From assembly GCF_018350175.1 (NCBI RefSeq), contig NC_058373.1, forward strand, positions 104,906,001 to 104,970,000: 64,000 bases of DNA, in the 5' to 3' direction. Shown in pieces: positions 25,709-38,896 of the stretch (positions within the stretch are counted from its first letter, which is position 1; each line of letters begins with the position of its first letter). The notes below the pieces were generated by a model. It made no database searches. It saw nothing but the letters and a program-made list of their open reading frames with translations, and had not been told where the DNA came from. Position numbers and translations under genes: made by a program. The stretch is from Felis catus (taxonomy: Eukaryota).

Positions 25709-25830
25709 CCCAAGCAGGCTCCACACAGAGAGCAGAGCTCAATGTGGGGCTTGATCCCACAATTGCAAGATCATGCCCTGAGTCGAAATCAAAAGCCAGC
25801 CACCTAACCGACTGAGCCACCCAGGCACCC
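25586..25830 (-). mobile_element. Can-SINE with expanded (GAGGCA)n(GA)n
   Basis: Head ends ccaggcaccc. Confidence 0.95.
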
Positions 25831-28055
25831 AGCCCTGTATCCATTTCTAAATTCATTTTAACAGACCTTGAGTCCATGTAAATTTGTGACTCTTTGATCT
25901 GTGCTTTGAACTGGTTGAGGCATCTGCCTGGTTCCTTTATTAATTAATGAGATTTTAAAAATCTTTGACATTTTCATTTTATATCTCAATGAGAATCATG
26001 ATTAATCCTAATTTTAAAATGTATCTTTTAACAACTATGAATTATTGGTGGTCCTTCAAAAAGTCTTAAAACCAAGGTCTTAGAGAAACAGTGTTTGATA
26101 CAGTGGAAGGGATTAAGTGATTGAAGCCACTCTGAATCCCAGGGAGGTCCTATGGCGCCATCACCTGAGCTCAGAGGAAGATTGCAAAGTGAGGATGATG
26201 ACATGGTGACCAGGGAGATGGACGAGGAAAAGCCCACAAGAGTCCTCTGAAAACAAACTCCCGTGCATCATAGTTTTCCCATGGCTTGCCCCCACTCCTT
26301 TTCTATTACTGGGTTAAGTCAATAAGTCGTCTCTGTGGTTTCAATGGCTGAGCCCTGAGTAGTAAGGTCTAGTTGGCAATAACTCTTCACCTTAACACTC
26401 TGTGAGTAGCCTCCCCTACCTATCTGCTTCCCTGCCTGTGGCAGGGCTCAAAAGCCCAAGGTCTTGGTCCTGCGGGATGTGCAAAACTTTATCAGGCTTG
26501 CGATAAACAAACCCAGGTAGTCGTTCACCGGGTGCCTATGGCTGATCTCACATCAGACCTTATGCAGTTGGAAATACCCAACATTACTTTGGGTATTTAT
26601 CCCCAAGGATCCATCAAATCCATCCTGCTCTGAACAGCTGTTGTCTTCTTTCAAAAGAAGCAGCTTAAAAATCAAATCCCATTATTTCAGAAATATTTCA
26701 GCCCTGCAGGAGAACTTAGAGATGGAAGATGTAAATCAAAATCCCCTCCACTGTGAGCACTCCTTCATTTTAAATTCCTTCCCTGGGTCTTGATAATCTG
26801 TATGTTTGTGAAGTTTACTTTAAAGATTCTCCACATGAATTGAAACTGGGACCCCTTGTTGACCATGTATCTATATTTTGTGCCAGGTTCTGTGAAAGAA
26901 TCTTTTTGTCCAACAGAAAAGCAGAATAGTTCTGAGTTGGAAAGGCAGCACCCTGTGGTTATTAATTCTCAAACGCCAAAATGAAATGAACAAGTTCACC
27001 AGCTGACTTCAACCTCCCCTGACCACTAAGCTTGGCTTTGAGGCTTTAGCATCCTTCTTTTATGGTCTCGGTTGGAGACAGGGAAAAACTACCAAATTGC
27101 TCTATTTTCTGAAATGCAAAAGTTAAATGCATTCTTTTGCTGATCCAGAGGAAGGAAAACAAATATTGTCTGAGAGACTCCAAATAGTCTGATTCTTAAT
27201 ACAGCGCACCAATAGCATTTGATGAAGTAATTCAACTTAATTTAGCAGCATGTAACTGCAAATCAGGAAATAAGGACACAGTTTCCACCACTTTCGCAAT
27301 TTTGGTTTAGCACAATTGGAAGCTTTTTAACATCACCTTTGTTCACTCCCTCTGTATTTTTCGAAGAGGGCAATTTATACTTAATTTCTTCCTTTCTGAA
27401 AATTTTCCCAATTCTCTCAGTATTTCTTCTTAATTCTCAGGAGAGCCTACTAGATGTTTTTACATGTTAATAATTCCCCAACTGAGTCTACAAGTGCATT
27501 CTGATTACAAAGGATTCAGTTCACAGCACTCTCCTCAGATGTAACGTGCCTTATTAATGTTTTTATTAACTGTAGCTGATGAAGAGATTATCTTCTGGCT
27601 TAGTTCCAAGACTCCATCTCTAGCTCTCCAAAGGAAAAGTGACTGCTGAGTTTTCACATAAGAAATTCATTCCTAATGAAAGAAATGTGATTTTTTTCCT
27701 CCTAATTCTCCAAGTCAATGAAATTTAATTACAAAAATTCAGATAAGGGCTTCAGCTTCTGTAAAGCATTAAGTCTATTTATTATCTCATACAGATCATT
27801 GAATAAATAAAGATGAGTAAGTTGGAGCTGAGATATTTGAGTGTAGGTTTCCAGAAGGATCTCCATAATCAACAGTCCAAATTTATTTTTAGGGAAACTT
27901 TGATACAAGAACCCAATATCTAGGACCTCGTACAGGGCATTAAAGACATGAAAAGAGAAAATTTTTTTCAAAGAAGTACCCTAAAGCATTTAAAATACTA
28001 TTATTATAATTATAATTTTCCTGCAGCCAGAAGCGAGATACAAAAAGACAACCAA

Positions 28056-28279
28056 GGGGTGCCTGGGTAGCTGAGTGAGTTAAGCATCCAACTCTTGATT
28101 TCAGCTCAGGTCATGACCTCACAGTTTGTGAGATCGAGACTAGCATCCAGCTCTGTGCTGACAGCACAGAGCCTGCTTAGGACTCTCTCTCTCTCTCCCT
28201 CTCTCTTTCCCCTTACCCCATTCATGTGCTTTCTCCCTCTCTTCCAAAATAAACTGAAAAAAAAAAAAAAAAAAAAAAA
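28056..28279 (+). mobile_element. Can-SINE
   Basis: Degenerate TSD aaaagac(a/c)a(c/t)ca. Confidence 0.95.
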
Positions 28280-28599
28280 GACCATCAGATTCTCTGACTT
28301 GGGGAAGCTATGATCCAGTAGTCAAGAGAATCAGGTTCAATTAATTTCTCACTTTCATCTAGCCGATACTATGACTGTTTATATTCTTTGGTAGAAGCTA
28401 TCAAAGGCCTTATCTCCATCAAGCCACCTAATTCACTATTTGGAAATTTTCTAAATGATAGATCACTGTGGGAATGCAGTCTTCTGATTCTATGTGATTC
28501 AGATGCTAAGACAATGAGGTAACTGGCCCAATGTTTCCAAGGTCTGATCAGTTCTACAGTGTAGAATCACTCAAAGTTCATTCTGAAAAAATATTCTAA

Positions 28600-28790
28600 A
28601 ATGTTAAATTACTCACCAAAAAAAAAAAAAAAGAAAGAAAGAAAGAAATGGTAGTTATGTGATATGATGGAGGTGTTAGCTAACAGTATGTTGGTAATCA
28701 TTTTGCAATATATAAGTATATCAATACAACACATTATACACCTTAAACTTACACAATGCTATATGTCAATATCTCACTAAAGCTAGAGAA
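28600..28790 (+). mobile_element. L1MA-like 3' end
   Basis: ggtaatcattttgcaatatataagtatatc...acaccttaaacttacacaatg. Confidence 0.8.
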
Positions 28791-29108
28791 GTAAAATAAA
28801 GTGTTAGATTATGTTCCAGAAAACCTGGCCTTCAAAATGCTATCTATGCTCTCTATGGGACCCAAAGGTATGCTATATTTAGTTCACTGCTAAAGGCTTT
28901 GTAAATAGATGTAAAAACTACTCTGGCATAAGTAGAGAGAACAAGAAAAAAGTTAATATCAGATGAAGCTCTACCTGCCATGTGATATTTAAGCTTAATG
29001 TCAGTTTTAAGCATTATGGAAAGCCCTCAGTACCTGATCAGTTACCATTTATTCCATGAATCGAGCTAATGCTTTTTCCATTAATTGAGCTTTTTCCATT
29101 AATTTCCA

Positions 29109-29177
29109 TTTTATTTTTTTAAGTTTATTTATTTAGTTTGAGAGGGAGAGAGGGAGAGAGATTGTGAGTGGGAGAGG

Positions 29178-29221
<44 letters not shown>

Positions 29222-29356
29222 CCCAAGCAGGCTCCACACTGTCACCACAGAGCCCGAGGAGGGGCTCGGTCTCACAAACCATGACAAACCATGAGATCAT
29301 GACCTGAGTCGAAATCAACAGTCGGACACTTAATCAACTGAACCACCCAGGTGACC
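29109..29356 (-). mobile_element. Can-SINE
   Basis: Contains an 11-bp internal duplication (acaaaccatg twice). Confidence 0.95.
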
Positions 29357-32092
29357 TGAGCTGAATTCCATTTGAAAACCACACCTCAGCCCCATATCGC
29401 TACTCAGGATAGTTACATATGGGACTACTGTTTAACTGGCCGAGTGCAATAAAGCATGCCCACCCCTCCTCCCAATTGTGCTGGAAAGTTTCAGGCCCAG
29501 AATGGTTACCAGCTGGAAGAGCTTTTAAGCAACCCCTTTTAAGCAACCAACAGTACTCAATGCCAAGTGCTAGATGTTGTGAGGCTCTCCAAAAATAATA
29601 AGCAAAACGAGACAGTGCAGTGTATAGAAACTGAGCAACACTGACAATAAATGCTGGAGGAGTTTCAGAAAGGAGGGCTCATCATGACTTAGGGTTGCCA
29701 GGAAGGCTTCTGCAAGAGCTGCATACAGACAAATGCATGTCTGCAGAAATGCATGTTCTGGTGACAGTGACTACAGCCTGATGAAGGCAGAGGTCAGGAA
29801 AAGTGAAGTGGAAAGTAGACCCCAGAGAGATCATGGAGGTCCTTGAATATACCAGTGGTATATAAAAGAGACAAATACATGTTAAGAAATGCCTCCGATC
29901 CACAAACTGTTGAATCTCCAAGTTACCTGATCTAAATCTCTGAGTCCTTGTTTTAACATTTACTCCCTCCTTCACTTTCGCCGTGTTGTATTTTTGCTTT
30001 GCACCACTAATCCTTTGAATTTCGAAAATAGCTTTGGCTTCCTGAGGCCAGCCTGAGAGGCTGGCAGTTCTTTGAGATCACACAGAACTTACTACTATAT
30101 TACCGGAAAGACTCAGCTGGTGCAAAGGTTTTTATTTTAACCACCAAGACTGATTTCCCTGCCGCAACACAGGAATATGCCCAGAGAGGCTTTATGTCTA
30201 AGGGAGTTAGCTGCTCTGGACATAGAAAATTGCACACACAGGTAGTCGCCGCTGCCTCTGTGCTAGAGAGACAGTCTCTACTAACCCTATTTTATGGGTT
30301 TCCCCCACTCATTTTCTCAAAAGAAAACTTAGGAGGAGAAGAAGGGAACGTGCAGTGTCCCACAGCTGACTTGCACAAACCGAACTGTGAGTGTGCATAC
30401 GTGTATATGTGCGTGTGTTAACAGTATGAGCTCTGCCTAGAACTCTTGGAATTAATGAACTCCTGAAGCCTCAGTTCAGTCTGAGATCGTTGGTGCAAAA
30501 ACAGCCTTGAAAAATCATTGTCTTAAAAAAAATTAGCACAATCCACAAAATTATCCCTGCCATCAATCTTTCCCCCTTTCCAAACAGCTTAACATTTCCT
30601 GTGTTAAAGGAACACAAAAGCTTGACTGTAGTCAATACGCATAACTGCTCTTCAGAAGTGTCATGAACATCAAAATGAAAGAAAGAGACAAGAGTACATT
30701 AAATTGTTTTTAGGCCAGCATCTGATTTTCCATTGGCTTGGCCAGCTCACCTTCCTACTTGGTTCATACGAATTTCTGTTTTGTGGTCCTTGGCAGACAT
30801 TTGTGAGCACAGTTGGAAAGGGTCAGCGGGAAGGATGTCTATTCGTTTTTATGAATTTAACCTATTTATAACCTTCCTCGTGCTAAAAAGAGGATTTAAG
30901 GCTTCTGACAAAAACACCTCCAATACAAAGGGATAAAAATAAGTAAATGGAAACTTCAGGAAATAAGTGTTTTTAAAACCTACGGAAATCATGAGTTTGT
31001 TGAATCTTTCACCATAAGCGTGTGGACAGATTTTTCTCCCCTAGAATCCCCAACTAGTACTAATCTGCAAGTAATCAACAGTTCAAATGGAAAGATCTAT
31101 GAAGAAATAATATCTTGGCCTTGGAAGATGTCCTCCTCTGCAGACCTAATTTCTCTTAGGGGCTCATCCTCGTGAGGCAGAGAGAGGGAGGGATCACAAT
31201 CTCTATTTTAAACTTGGGCACCAGGGTGCCTTGCCTATGTGAAAAAGGAGGTCCCAAGTCTTCCACTCCTTCTGTCTAGGAAAAATAAAACAATTCAGTC
31301 CTTCCCAAAGGAAGGGCGAATGGCATGAGCCTCAAATCCAGAAACCCTGGCTACCAACTCGGGACACAAAGAAACCCCAGGCAACTGGCACGTGCCCACC
31401 AAGGAAACTCATATCAGAAGATGCTCAGTCTTCCCAGATGCAGGTGTCTGGGGACAAACGTCTCCAGTACAGATTTAGGAGTCTGTAATGTGACCAAGGG
31501 CTTTCTGGGAAAATTAAAACATAGGTATTGAATTTAAGTTTGATCTCTCTGTCCCCGTATAAAGCTGGCTGGTTTTTTTTTTCCGTAAGACATGCTAATA
31601 CAATACACAAAAGATCACTAAAAGCACTGTAAATCTCTACCAATGGGGATTCTATTCATAGAATATACAAACACTTCTTAAAATCCCCTTTCTCCATTCT
31701 CCTGTATGAACAGAAGCCGCCTTACCCCAAGGGAGCAACAAGCAGTCGATCAGTATGGGGCAGTTGTCCTCTTGAGTAAGACCCAGGCTTCAGTGTGTTG
31801 TACAGCTCTCTAGGTAATTCCAATGTGCAGCCAAGATCCAGAGCCACTGGTCTGGAGGCTTTAGCCAATCTGCCATTCACTTTGTGCTGGTTACATTGGA
31901 TAAAATTTTGCTCCTCCCTCCCCTTCCATACACATATTTACTTATGTTGGCCCTGGCAGCTTCCTGAGCAACCTTTTAATCCACAGTTTAACATGTTATA
32001 CATCAAAATACATAGATGTTTGAAATCTCACAGTTCCCACTACTTGCGGGGAGCATTTTCCCTTGCTGCCATAGCCCATGTTGCACTATATG

Positions 32093-32095
32093 AGG

Positions 32096-32135
<40 letters not shown>

Positions 32136-32255
32136 TAAGTAGACTCCACGTTGTCAGTGCAGAGCCGAATGTAGGGCTCACGCTCACGGAACCTAAGATC
32201 ATGACCCAAGCCACAATCAAGAGTCGGACGCTTAACTGAGCCACTTGCGTGCCCC
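32093..32255 (-). mobile_element. Can-SINE lacking its A-tail
   Basis: Head and (CT)n present; tail absent. Confidence 0.9.
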
Positions 32256-32353
32256 AAGTGCTGTTTCTATAGGGCCTAACCCCCACACCTTTGCCTACAA
32301 TTCATTCTACCTTCCCACCGATTCAAAACACATTTGTCCTGTATTCCTCTTTC

Positions 32354-32580
32354 TTTTTTAAAAAAAATTTTTTTTTTCAACATTTATTTATTTTTGGGAC
32401 AGAGAGAGACAGAGCGTGAACAGGGGAGGGGCAGAGAGAGAGGGAGACACAGAATCAGAAACAGGCTCCAGGCTCTGAGCCATCAGCCCAGAGCCCGACG
32501 CTGGGCTCGAACTCATGGACCGCGAGATCGTGACCTGGCTGAAGTCGGACGCTTAACCGACTGCGCCACCCAGGCGCCCC
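32354..32580 (-). mobile_element. Young felid SINE
   Basis: Diagnostic young head. Confidence 0.97.
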
Positions 32581-32772
32581 TTCTCTCTTTTATCTTAAAA
32601 TCATCCTACATCACCTGCTAATGAACCTGATAAATTAATAATAAAATGTAAATGATAATATCCTAATGAGGTACCCTGCCCAGACAGATCTGCATTTTTT
32701 TCTAAGGCCTTCTCAAGATACATAATCTCAATCCCAGGTAAGGCTCTAGTATTGAAAAGTAGGCATCACGTA

Positions 32773-33005
32773 GGGGCGCCTGGGTGGCTCAGTCGGTTGA
32801 GCATCCGACTTCGGCTCAGGTCATGATCTCACGGTTTGTGAGTTCGAGCCCCGCATCGGGCTCTGTGCTGACAGCTCAGAGCCTGGAGCCTGCTTCGGAT
32901 TCTCTGTCTCCCTCTCTCTCTGCCTCTGACCCACTCGCATTCTGTCTCTGTCTCTCTCAAAAACAAATAAACATTAAAAAAAAATTAAAAAAAAAAAAAA
33001 AAAGA
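32773..33005 (+). mobile_element. Can-SINE
   Basis: TSD gaaaagtaggcatca. Confidence 0.96.
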
Positions 33006-33739
33006 AAGAAAAGTAGGCATCATGTTAAGGCAGAAAGGGTGATATAAATTAGGAGATCAGGCAAAGCTCCCTTGAAGTCACACTTCCCAGATGGCTGCTA
33101 CTCAAAGCAGCCCCTGGTTGTAAGTGATGATTTAGTCCTGCATTGTGGAATTGCTCAGCCACTGACCTCACATCTATGGGACCATTCTCTGGACCCTTGC
33201 TACGTTCCCTCTTCATATGTTAGCCTCTCGGTATTCCCACAGCACATAGCACACGTGTAGTAGATACTCACCGAATGTCTGACAAAAAAATAGATACATG
33301 AGAGCCCTTCACTCTTCTGCTTTCCACAAACATCCCTAGGTTATTAACTGAATATTTATCATGATTTTTAAAGACCTCCAGGGGAAAATATTCCACTTCC
33401 TAAATCAAAAGCCCGTTCCAATGTTAGACGTAGGCTTTGAAATGAAAGGGAAGGTAGCTATAATACTCCTGCACTTAACTACTTGATGGTTTTGAAAGCA
33501 CGGTCCATCCAGAACATCAACCAAACTGAAGCGGCCAAAATGATCTCCTGAGGAAGAAAATGGAACAACGCCACCCTCAGGCTCTCATCCAGAACTTATG
33601 AATTCGAAACATATTGAAAATGAAGGTATTATTTTAACAAGATTGGTCATGGGATTCTTAGAGGATAGAAGGGACATGGATAGTATCAGCTACCAGGAAG
33701 TGAACAGAAAAACACATGAACCCTGGCTGATAGGCCTGG

Positions 33740-34206
33740 TGACTGACACTCACCTCCACCCATTCCACCAGCCACGTGACCACACTCCCCTTGCAACGAC
33801 CATTTAGAAATGGGCATGTGACCTAACCCCGGCCAACTGGAGGCAAGAATTCTACTGGGGGATTCTTGGAAAGCTTCCTGTCTCTGAAGAAAGAAATAAC
33901 GGTGAAAAGATAGCCTCCTGGTTTCCCTGGACAGTGTCTTTTCTCGGTGTGACACGTGAGGCTGTTGCAGCCATCCCAACAGCTGTAAGGAGGCCAGTCC
34001 AGGGGCAAAGTCAGCACCCCAAGCAGGACAGTGCAGCAAGGTGGGCAAATTTGGGTCACTGATGGCAGCAGAGCTACTGAGTCAACGGACCCAAGAGCTC
34101 TGTCTCTGGACTTCTTGTTTTGGAGAAAATACATTTCTTTTTTCTTTAAACCAATTTAAGTTACGGTCCCTGCTACCGATAGCTAAAGGCATCCTGGCAG
34201 ATACAG
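33740..34206 (+). mobile_element. Old MLT1 (J/K-like) LTR
   Basis: tagaaatgggcatgtgacctaa; gcagccatc; tctggacttcttgt...tttaaaccaatttaagtt...aaggcatcct. Confidence 0.7.
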
Positions 34207-34277
34207 AAAGCAAAAAGGGAAGAATCCGCAGGTACTAATTGCACCGGAAATGTTTAAACATTATAATGGATATGTCA

Positions 34278-34493
34278 GGGCACCTGGCTGGCTCAGGTGG
34301 TTAAGCGACTGATTCTTGGTTTCGGCTCAGGTCATGACCTCACAGTTCGTGGGATGGAGTCCCAGGTCAGGCTCTTCACTGACAGTGTGGAACCTGTTTG
34401 GGATTCTCTCTCTCTCCCTCTTTCTCCTCCTCCCCCGCTCATTCTCTCTCTTTATCTCTCTCACCTCTCTCTCAAAATAAAGAAGTAAACTTT

Positions 34494-34530
<37 letters not shown>

Positions 34531-34553
34531 AAATAAATAAATAAATAAATAAA
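34278..34553 (+). mobile_element. Can-SINE with (AAAT)n tail
   Basis: TSD aatggatatg. Confidence 0.95.
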
Positions 34554-34586
34554 ATGGATATGCTGACTCAACTTGGATCATACGGA

Positions 34587-34670
34587 TTTTAAATTTTTGA
34601 GAGAGAGAGAGACAGAGCACAAGCAGGGGAGGGACAGAAAGAGAGGGAGATACAGAATCCGAAGCAGGCT
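34587..34670 (-). mobile_element. Can-SINE, 3' half only
   Basis: tttttgagagag...gaatccgaagcaggct, then an abrupt end. Confidence 0.9.
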
Positions 34671-34676
34671 GGTCTG

Positions 34677-34868
34677 GTCCAACTTCAGCTCAGGTTGTGA
34701 TCTCAGGGTTCGTGAGTTCGAGCCCTGCGTCAGGTTCTATGCTGACAGCTCAGAGCCTGGAGCCTGTTCCAGATTCTGTGTCTTCCTCTCTCTCTGCCCC
34801 TCTCCTACTCATGCTCTTTCTCTCTCTCTCTCTCAAAAATAAGTAAACATTAAAAAAAATTTTTTTTA
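34677..34868 (+). mobile_element. Can-SINE missing its 5' ~30 nt
   Basis: Starts at gtccaacttcagctcagg. Confidence 0.92.
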
Positions 34869-35005
34869 AGCAGAATTGTATGACATACTATAATACATAA
34901 CAGGATTAGAAGTGGTGTGAGTCATAGTGTCTACTCTGTGCGGGTCCTTGCCAATAAATTTGAAAATGAACTTGTTAGATAAGAGAAGAAATTGTTTCTG
35001 CATAT

Positions 35006-35224
35006 GGGGCGCCTGGGTGGCTCAGTCGGTTAAGCATCCAATTTCGGCTCAGGTCATGATCTCACAGTCCGTGAGTTTGAGCCCTGCGTTGGGCTCTGTG
35101 CTGACAGCTGGGAGCCTGAAGCCTGCTTCCCATTCTGTGTCTCTCTCTCTCTCTGCCCCTCCCCTGCTTGTACTGTGTGTGTCTCTCTCTCTCAAAAATA
35201 AATAAACATTAAAAAAAAAAAAAA
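35006..35224 (+). mobile_element. Can-SINE
   Basis: Head, (CT)n and tail present. Confidence 0.95.
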
Positions 35225-35734
35225 GAACTTCCTATATACCAATCAATTGATCCACCTCTGCTATAACAGGGGATTTTCACTCCTAATTCTATCTCAGTGA
35301 CATACAGTTCATTCCACTCACACCTCCCAACAGCAAGATCAAGAAGCTGAGCTCTCTCCCTCCAAAGCTTTAGAGGTGATGTGTATGTGGCAATGCAGAA
35401 AACAGAAGTTCCGAGAATTTGAGGCCATGAATCTACTGCTTTGCCTTAGAAAGTCATCTAAGTTTTCTGCTCATGTTATTTCACAGGAAATGAAATTATA
35501 ATCTATTCAAAGAGTTTGTGTTATTTTTAGCCAATCCCAGCTACCCACTTCAATCTGTTCATTTTTAAAGGTTTATATGGGTTTTAGCATTTGCTTTGGA
35601 ACACCATTCATATTGTAAAATAGGATGTGATAATCTATAAATAAAATAACCCGCCTGAAAGCAAAAATGAAGAAGGTCAACTAGAATGGTATTATATTAA
35701 ATAGAATTCTTTTTAAAAGGTCTCAATTTTTGCA

Positions 35735-35803
35735 TTTTTAAAATTTGTTTGATGTTGATTTATTTTTGAGAGAGAGAGCAAACGAGCAGAGGAGGGGCAG
35801 TGA

Positions 35804-35850
<47 letters not shown>

Positions 35851-35976
35851 TCCAAAGCAGGCTCCAGGCTCCAAGCTCTCAGAACAGAGCTGGACACAGG
35901 GCTCACACCCATGAACCGCGAGATCATGACCCGAGCCGAGTTGGACGATTAACTGCCTGAGCCACTCAGGCGCCCC
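35735..35976 (-). mobile_element. Can-SINE with an internal (CA)n
   Basis: TSD ctcaatttttgcat. Confidence 0.95.
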
Positions 35977-36107
35977 TCAATTTTTGCATATTTAATGATT
36001 CATGAAGAAAAAACTATACTTAAGTTTACAAGATTCACACTCTGACTAGAGCTGCCCTGCAGTTCTACTTTCTAAAATGATGCTTTCTATGAAACGCTTA
36101 CTGAAAT

Positions 36108-36551
36108 CTGTGTTAGTTTCATATTTAGTGGCTCGAAACAACACAAATTTATTATCTGAGAGTTCTGCAGGTCAGAAGTTTGAAATAGGTCTTGAGGGCC
36201 TAAAACCAAGGTGTCAACATGGTTATATTCTAGAGGTTCAAGGGGAGAATTCATCTCGTCTTTCCGAGCTTCTGGAGGCTGCTGGCATCCCTTGGCTCAT
36301 GACCACATCACTCTTACCTCTGCCTCTCTCATCACATCTCTTTCTCTGCCTCTGACTCTCCTACCTCCCCCTTATAAAGGCATTTGTGATTATACTGGGC
36401 CTCCTCAGATGATCCAGAATAACCTCCCCATCTCAAGATCCTTAACTTAATCATCGGCAAAGTCCTTTTGGCCATGTAAGGTAACAAATTCACGAGCTCC
36501 AGAGATCAGGACATAGACATCTTTAGGGAGTCACTATTCTACCTACCACAA
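36108..36551 (-). mobile_element. MLT1C/D-like LTR
   Basis: aacaacacaaatttattatct..agttctgcaggtcagaagtt...cccatctcaagatccttaacttaatca...ttctacctaccaca. Confidence 0.85.
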
Positions 36552-37531
36552 AAGTCCATCACAGAAGGTTTTCCAAATCCAAATAGAGGTTTTCCTCTGT
36601 TTCATCTGACCTGAGTATACTTAGAAAACTGTATGAATTAATGTCGACCAGAAGCTAGTACTGGTTATGAGTGACTAGGAGATACTCCTGTCACTCCAAG
36701 AAAAAGCTGATGAGCAAATAAAAGTTTAGTCCCAGACACTACTCAAACACAGTCTTCCCACGGTGGAAAGAAAAAAAACAAAACAAAACAGCTTGGAAGA
36801 TGTGTTCCTTGTTTGGGTTCCCAGGAAACTCAGTCCTAAAAACATGTGGATACAATGAATTTATCGGGAAAGCAAGTGACAATAAAAGGTAAGAGACATC
36901 TAGGGAAATGGTAAATTATTATTTTTAACAGAAAAACCTGATATATTAAAAAAAATTCCTTGTGGGAATCACTTTTAAAACCGTAACAAATCACTAAACT
37001 GGTATCACTAATTTAAGAAAACTTAGCTGTGCATCAGGCTGGAATAAGGAGGCAAGACAGGAGGACAATAGGGCCCCCTTCAGTATTTCTGCTTTGCCCT
37101 GTTATAACCTACTTTTACTATAGAACTCACCCTCCCCACATTGAAACCTTTATGAAATGAGTTCCGTTCTAATCCAAAAAAGGCACTATTCTTGTTTTTC
37201 TCTGTGTCCACAGTGCCATGCAAAGTACCAGGAACAGAGTAGATGCTCAGTCAGGTTTGCTGGATGAACTAATTAACCAAATGGAAAGGACAGTTCATCA
37301 AAGAAAAGCATTCCTCCTTTGCCTGCAAACCTTCACAAACTTTACAAGTCCAATTTGAGCTTTAAAAAAAGACAGAGAGAGCTTATTTTAAACCACACAC
37401 CCATGCAATAAACTGACACAGCGATTTCCCAGCTCTACACGCATTTTACTGCACTCACCCTTTCTCACCACCAATCTAAAAAAGAGAGTTTTCATGGGAG
37501 GGGAGAACGATCTTTAAGAAATTATATGCAT

Positions 37532-37695
37532 GGGCATCTGGGTGGCTCCATCAGTTAAGCACCCAGCTCTGGATTTCGGCTGAGGTCATGATCTCACGGT
37601 TCGTAAGATTGAGCCCTACATCGAATCCCTGCTTGGGATTCTTGCTCTCCCTCTTTCTCGGCACGCCCCCCGCCCCAAAATAAATAAATATTTAA
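37532..37695 (+). mobile_element. Can-SINE
   Basis: Outer TSD aagaaat(t/c)atatgca. Confidence 0.93.
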
Positions 37696-37918
37696 ATTTT
37701 TTATTGTCTTATGTTTTTATTTTTGAAAGAGAGAGACAGAGCACAAGCAGGGAAGGGGCAGAGAGAGAGAGAGAGAGAAGGAGACAAAGAATCCAAAGCA
37801 GGCTCCAGGCTCTGAGCTGTTGACACAGAGCCCGATGCAGGGCTTGAACCCACGAACCGTGAGATCATGACCTGAACCTAAGATGGATGCCCAACTGACT
37901 GAGCCACCCAGGCGCCCC
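37696..37918 (-). mobile_element. Can-SINE inserted in the tail of the previous SINE
   Basis: TSD taaataaatatttaaa. Confidence 0.95.
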
Positions 37919-38896
37919 AGTAAATAAATATTTAAAAAAGAAATCATATGCAATAGGATTCTAAATTGGACATTTCAACTGAGGCACCAAAATACACTAG
38001 TATGATATTCCTGAGCAAAGCTCCAGGCCAACATCCACATTTTCAATGAAATCGCCAAACACCAGTTCTGTGACTTTTCAACCTAACCTCAGCTACACGT
38101 GAAGGTTACAAACGGGGCTGGCTGTTAAAGACCAAGAAAATTTTAGAGAGGGTTCTTCTTTGGAGAAGAGGCCACCTTACCTCAAGTCAGGAGAGTAAGG
38201 CCTCAAGGAATCACCCAGAGCTTATAGCATCTCTCCAGAAAAAGCCAAGAGGAGACAGACAGGGGAGCTTCCCTGCTGACCGGGAAGACAGTGTCAGCGG
38301 GGAGGTGAGCCTGCATTCACAGAGCCTCTCATTGATAATCTGGGCTGTACCCAAGAGACAGCGACCACATGGGTGTCCAGACGCTGGCTGCCGAACGGAG
38401 ACTGTCTGACAACGGAATGCAGCCATAAGAATACAGCAAAGTGACAAGTCTGTGAAAAGCTCACGCAGAAGTGGGGGAGGAATTTCCACTAGGCACCAAA
38501 TTCTACAGGGACAGAAGGTAACCCCACGTATTTGTTTTCTGACTTCAGACCATTCACGCTGTTTGTTCAGCACGCTGGTTACTCACATCCCTCCCCATTT
38601 GGAAGTCCTCCCAAAACCTATAGCTGTCTTCCAGCTGGGAAGGAAAGAAATGGAACTCCCTCCAAAAATTAGGTAACTGTGCTCTTAGTGGAGACTGTTT
38701 GGAGCCTGGCTATTTAACAGCACTAAATATAAACCTATAAAAAAAAAGTGATAACTTTTTCTGAAATGAACCACCCATAAACATAACCAGAAAATCCATT
38801 CTGCCCCATAATCGATGCCAAGAAAGCAAGCTGCCACCTTAGAAAAATAAAAAGAAGGACAGGGAGTTGGAAAAGGGAAACACGCATGCCTCTTAC

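Larger units (their letters stand above)
1..38896 (-). other. ARMH4: ARMH4 long intron (>38.9 kb), continues beyond the window
   Basis: Starts at the gtaaga donor; I did not find the expected next exon (recalled as VRSWMEKLKDK) in the window. Confidence 0.75.
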
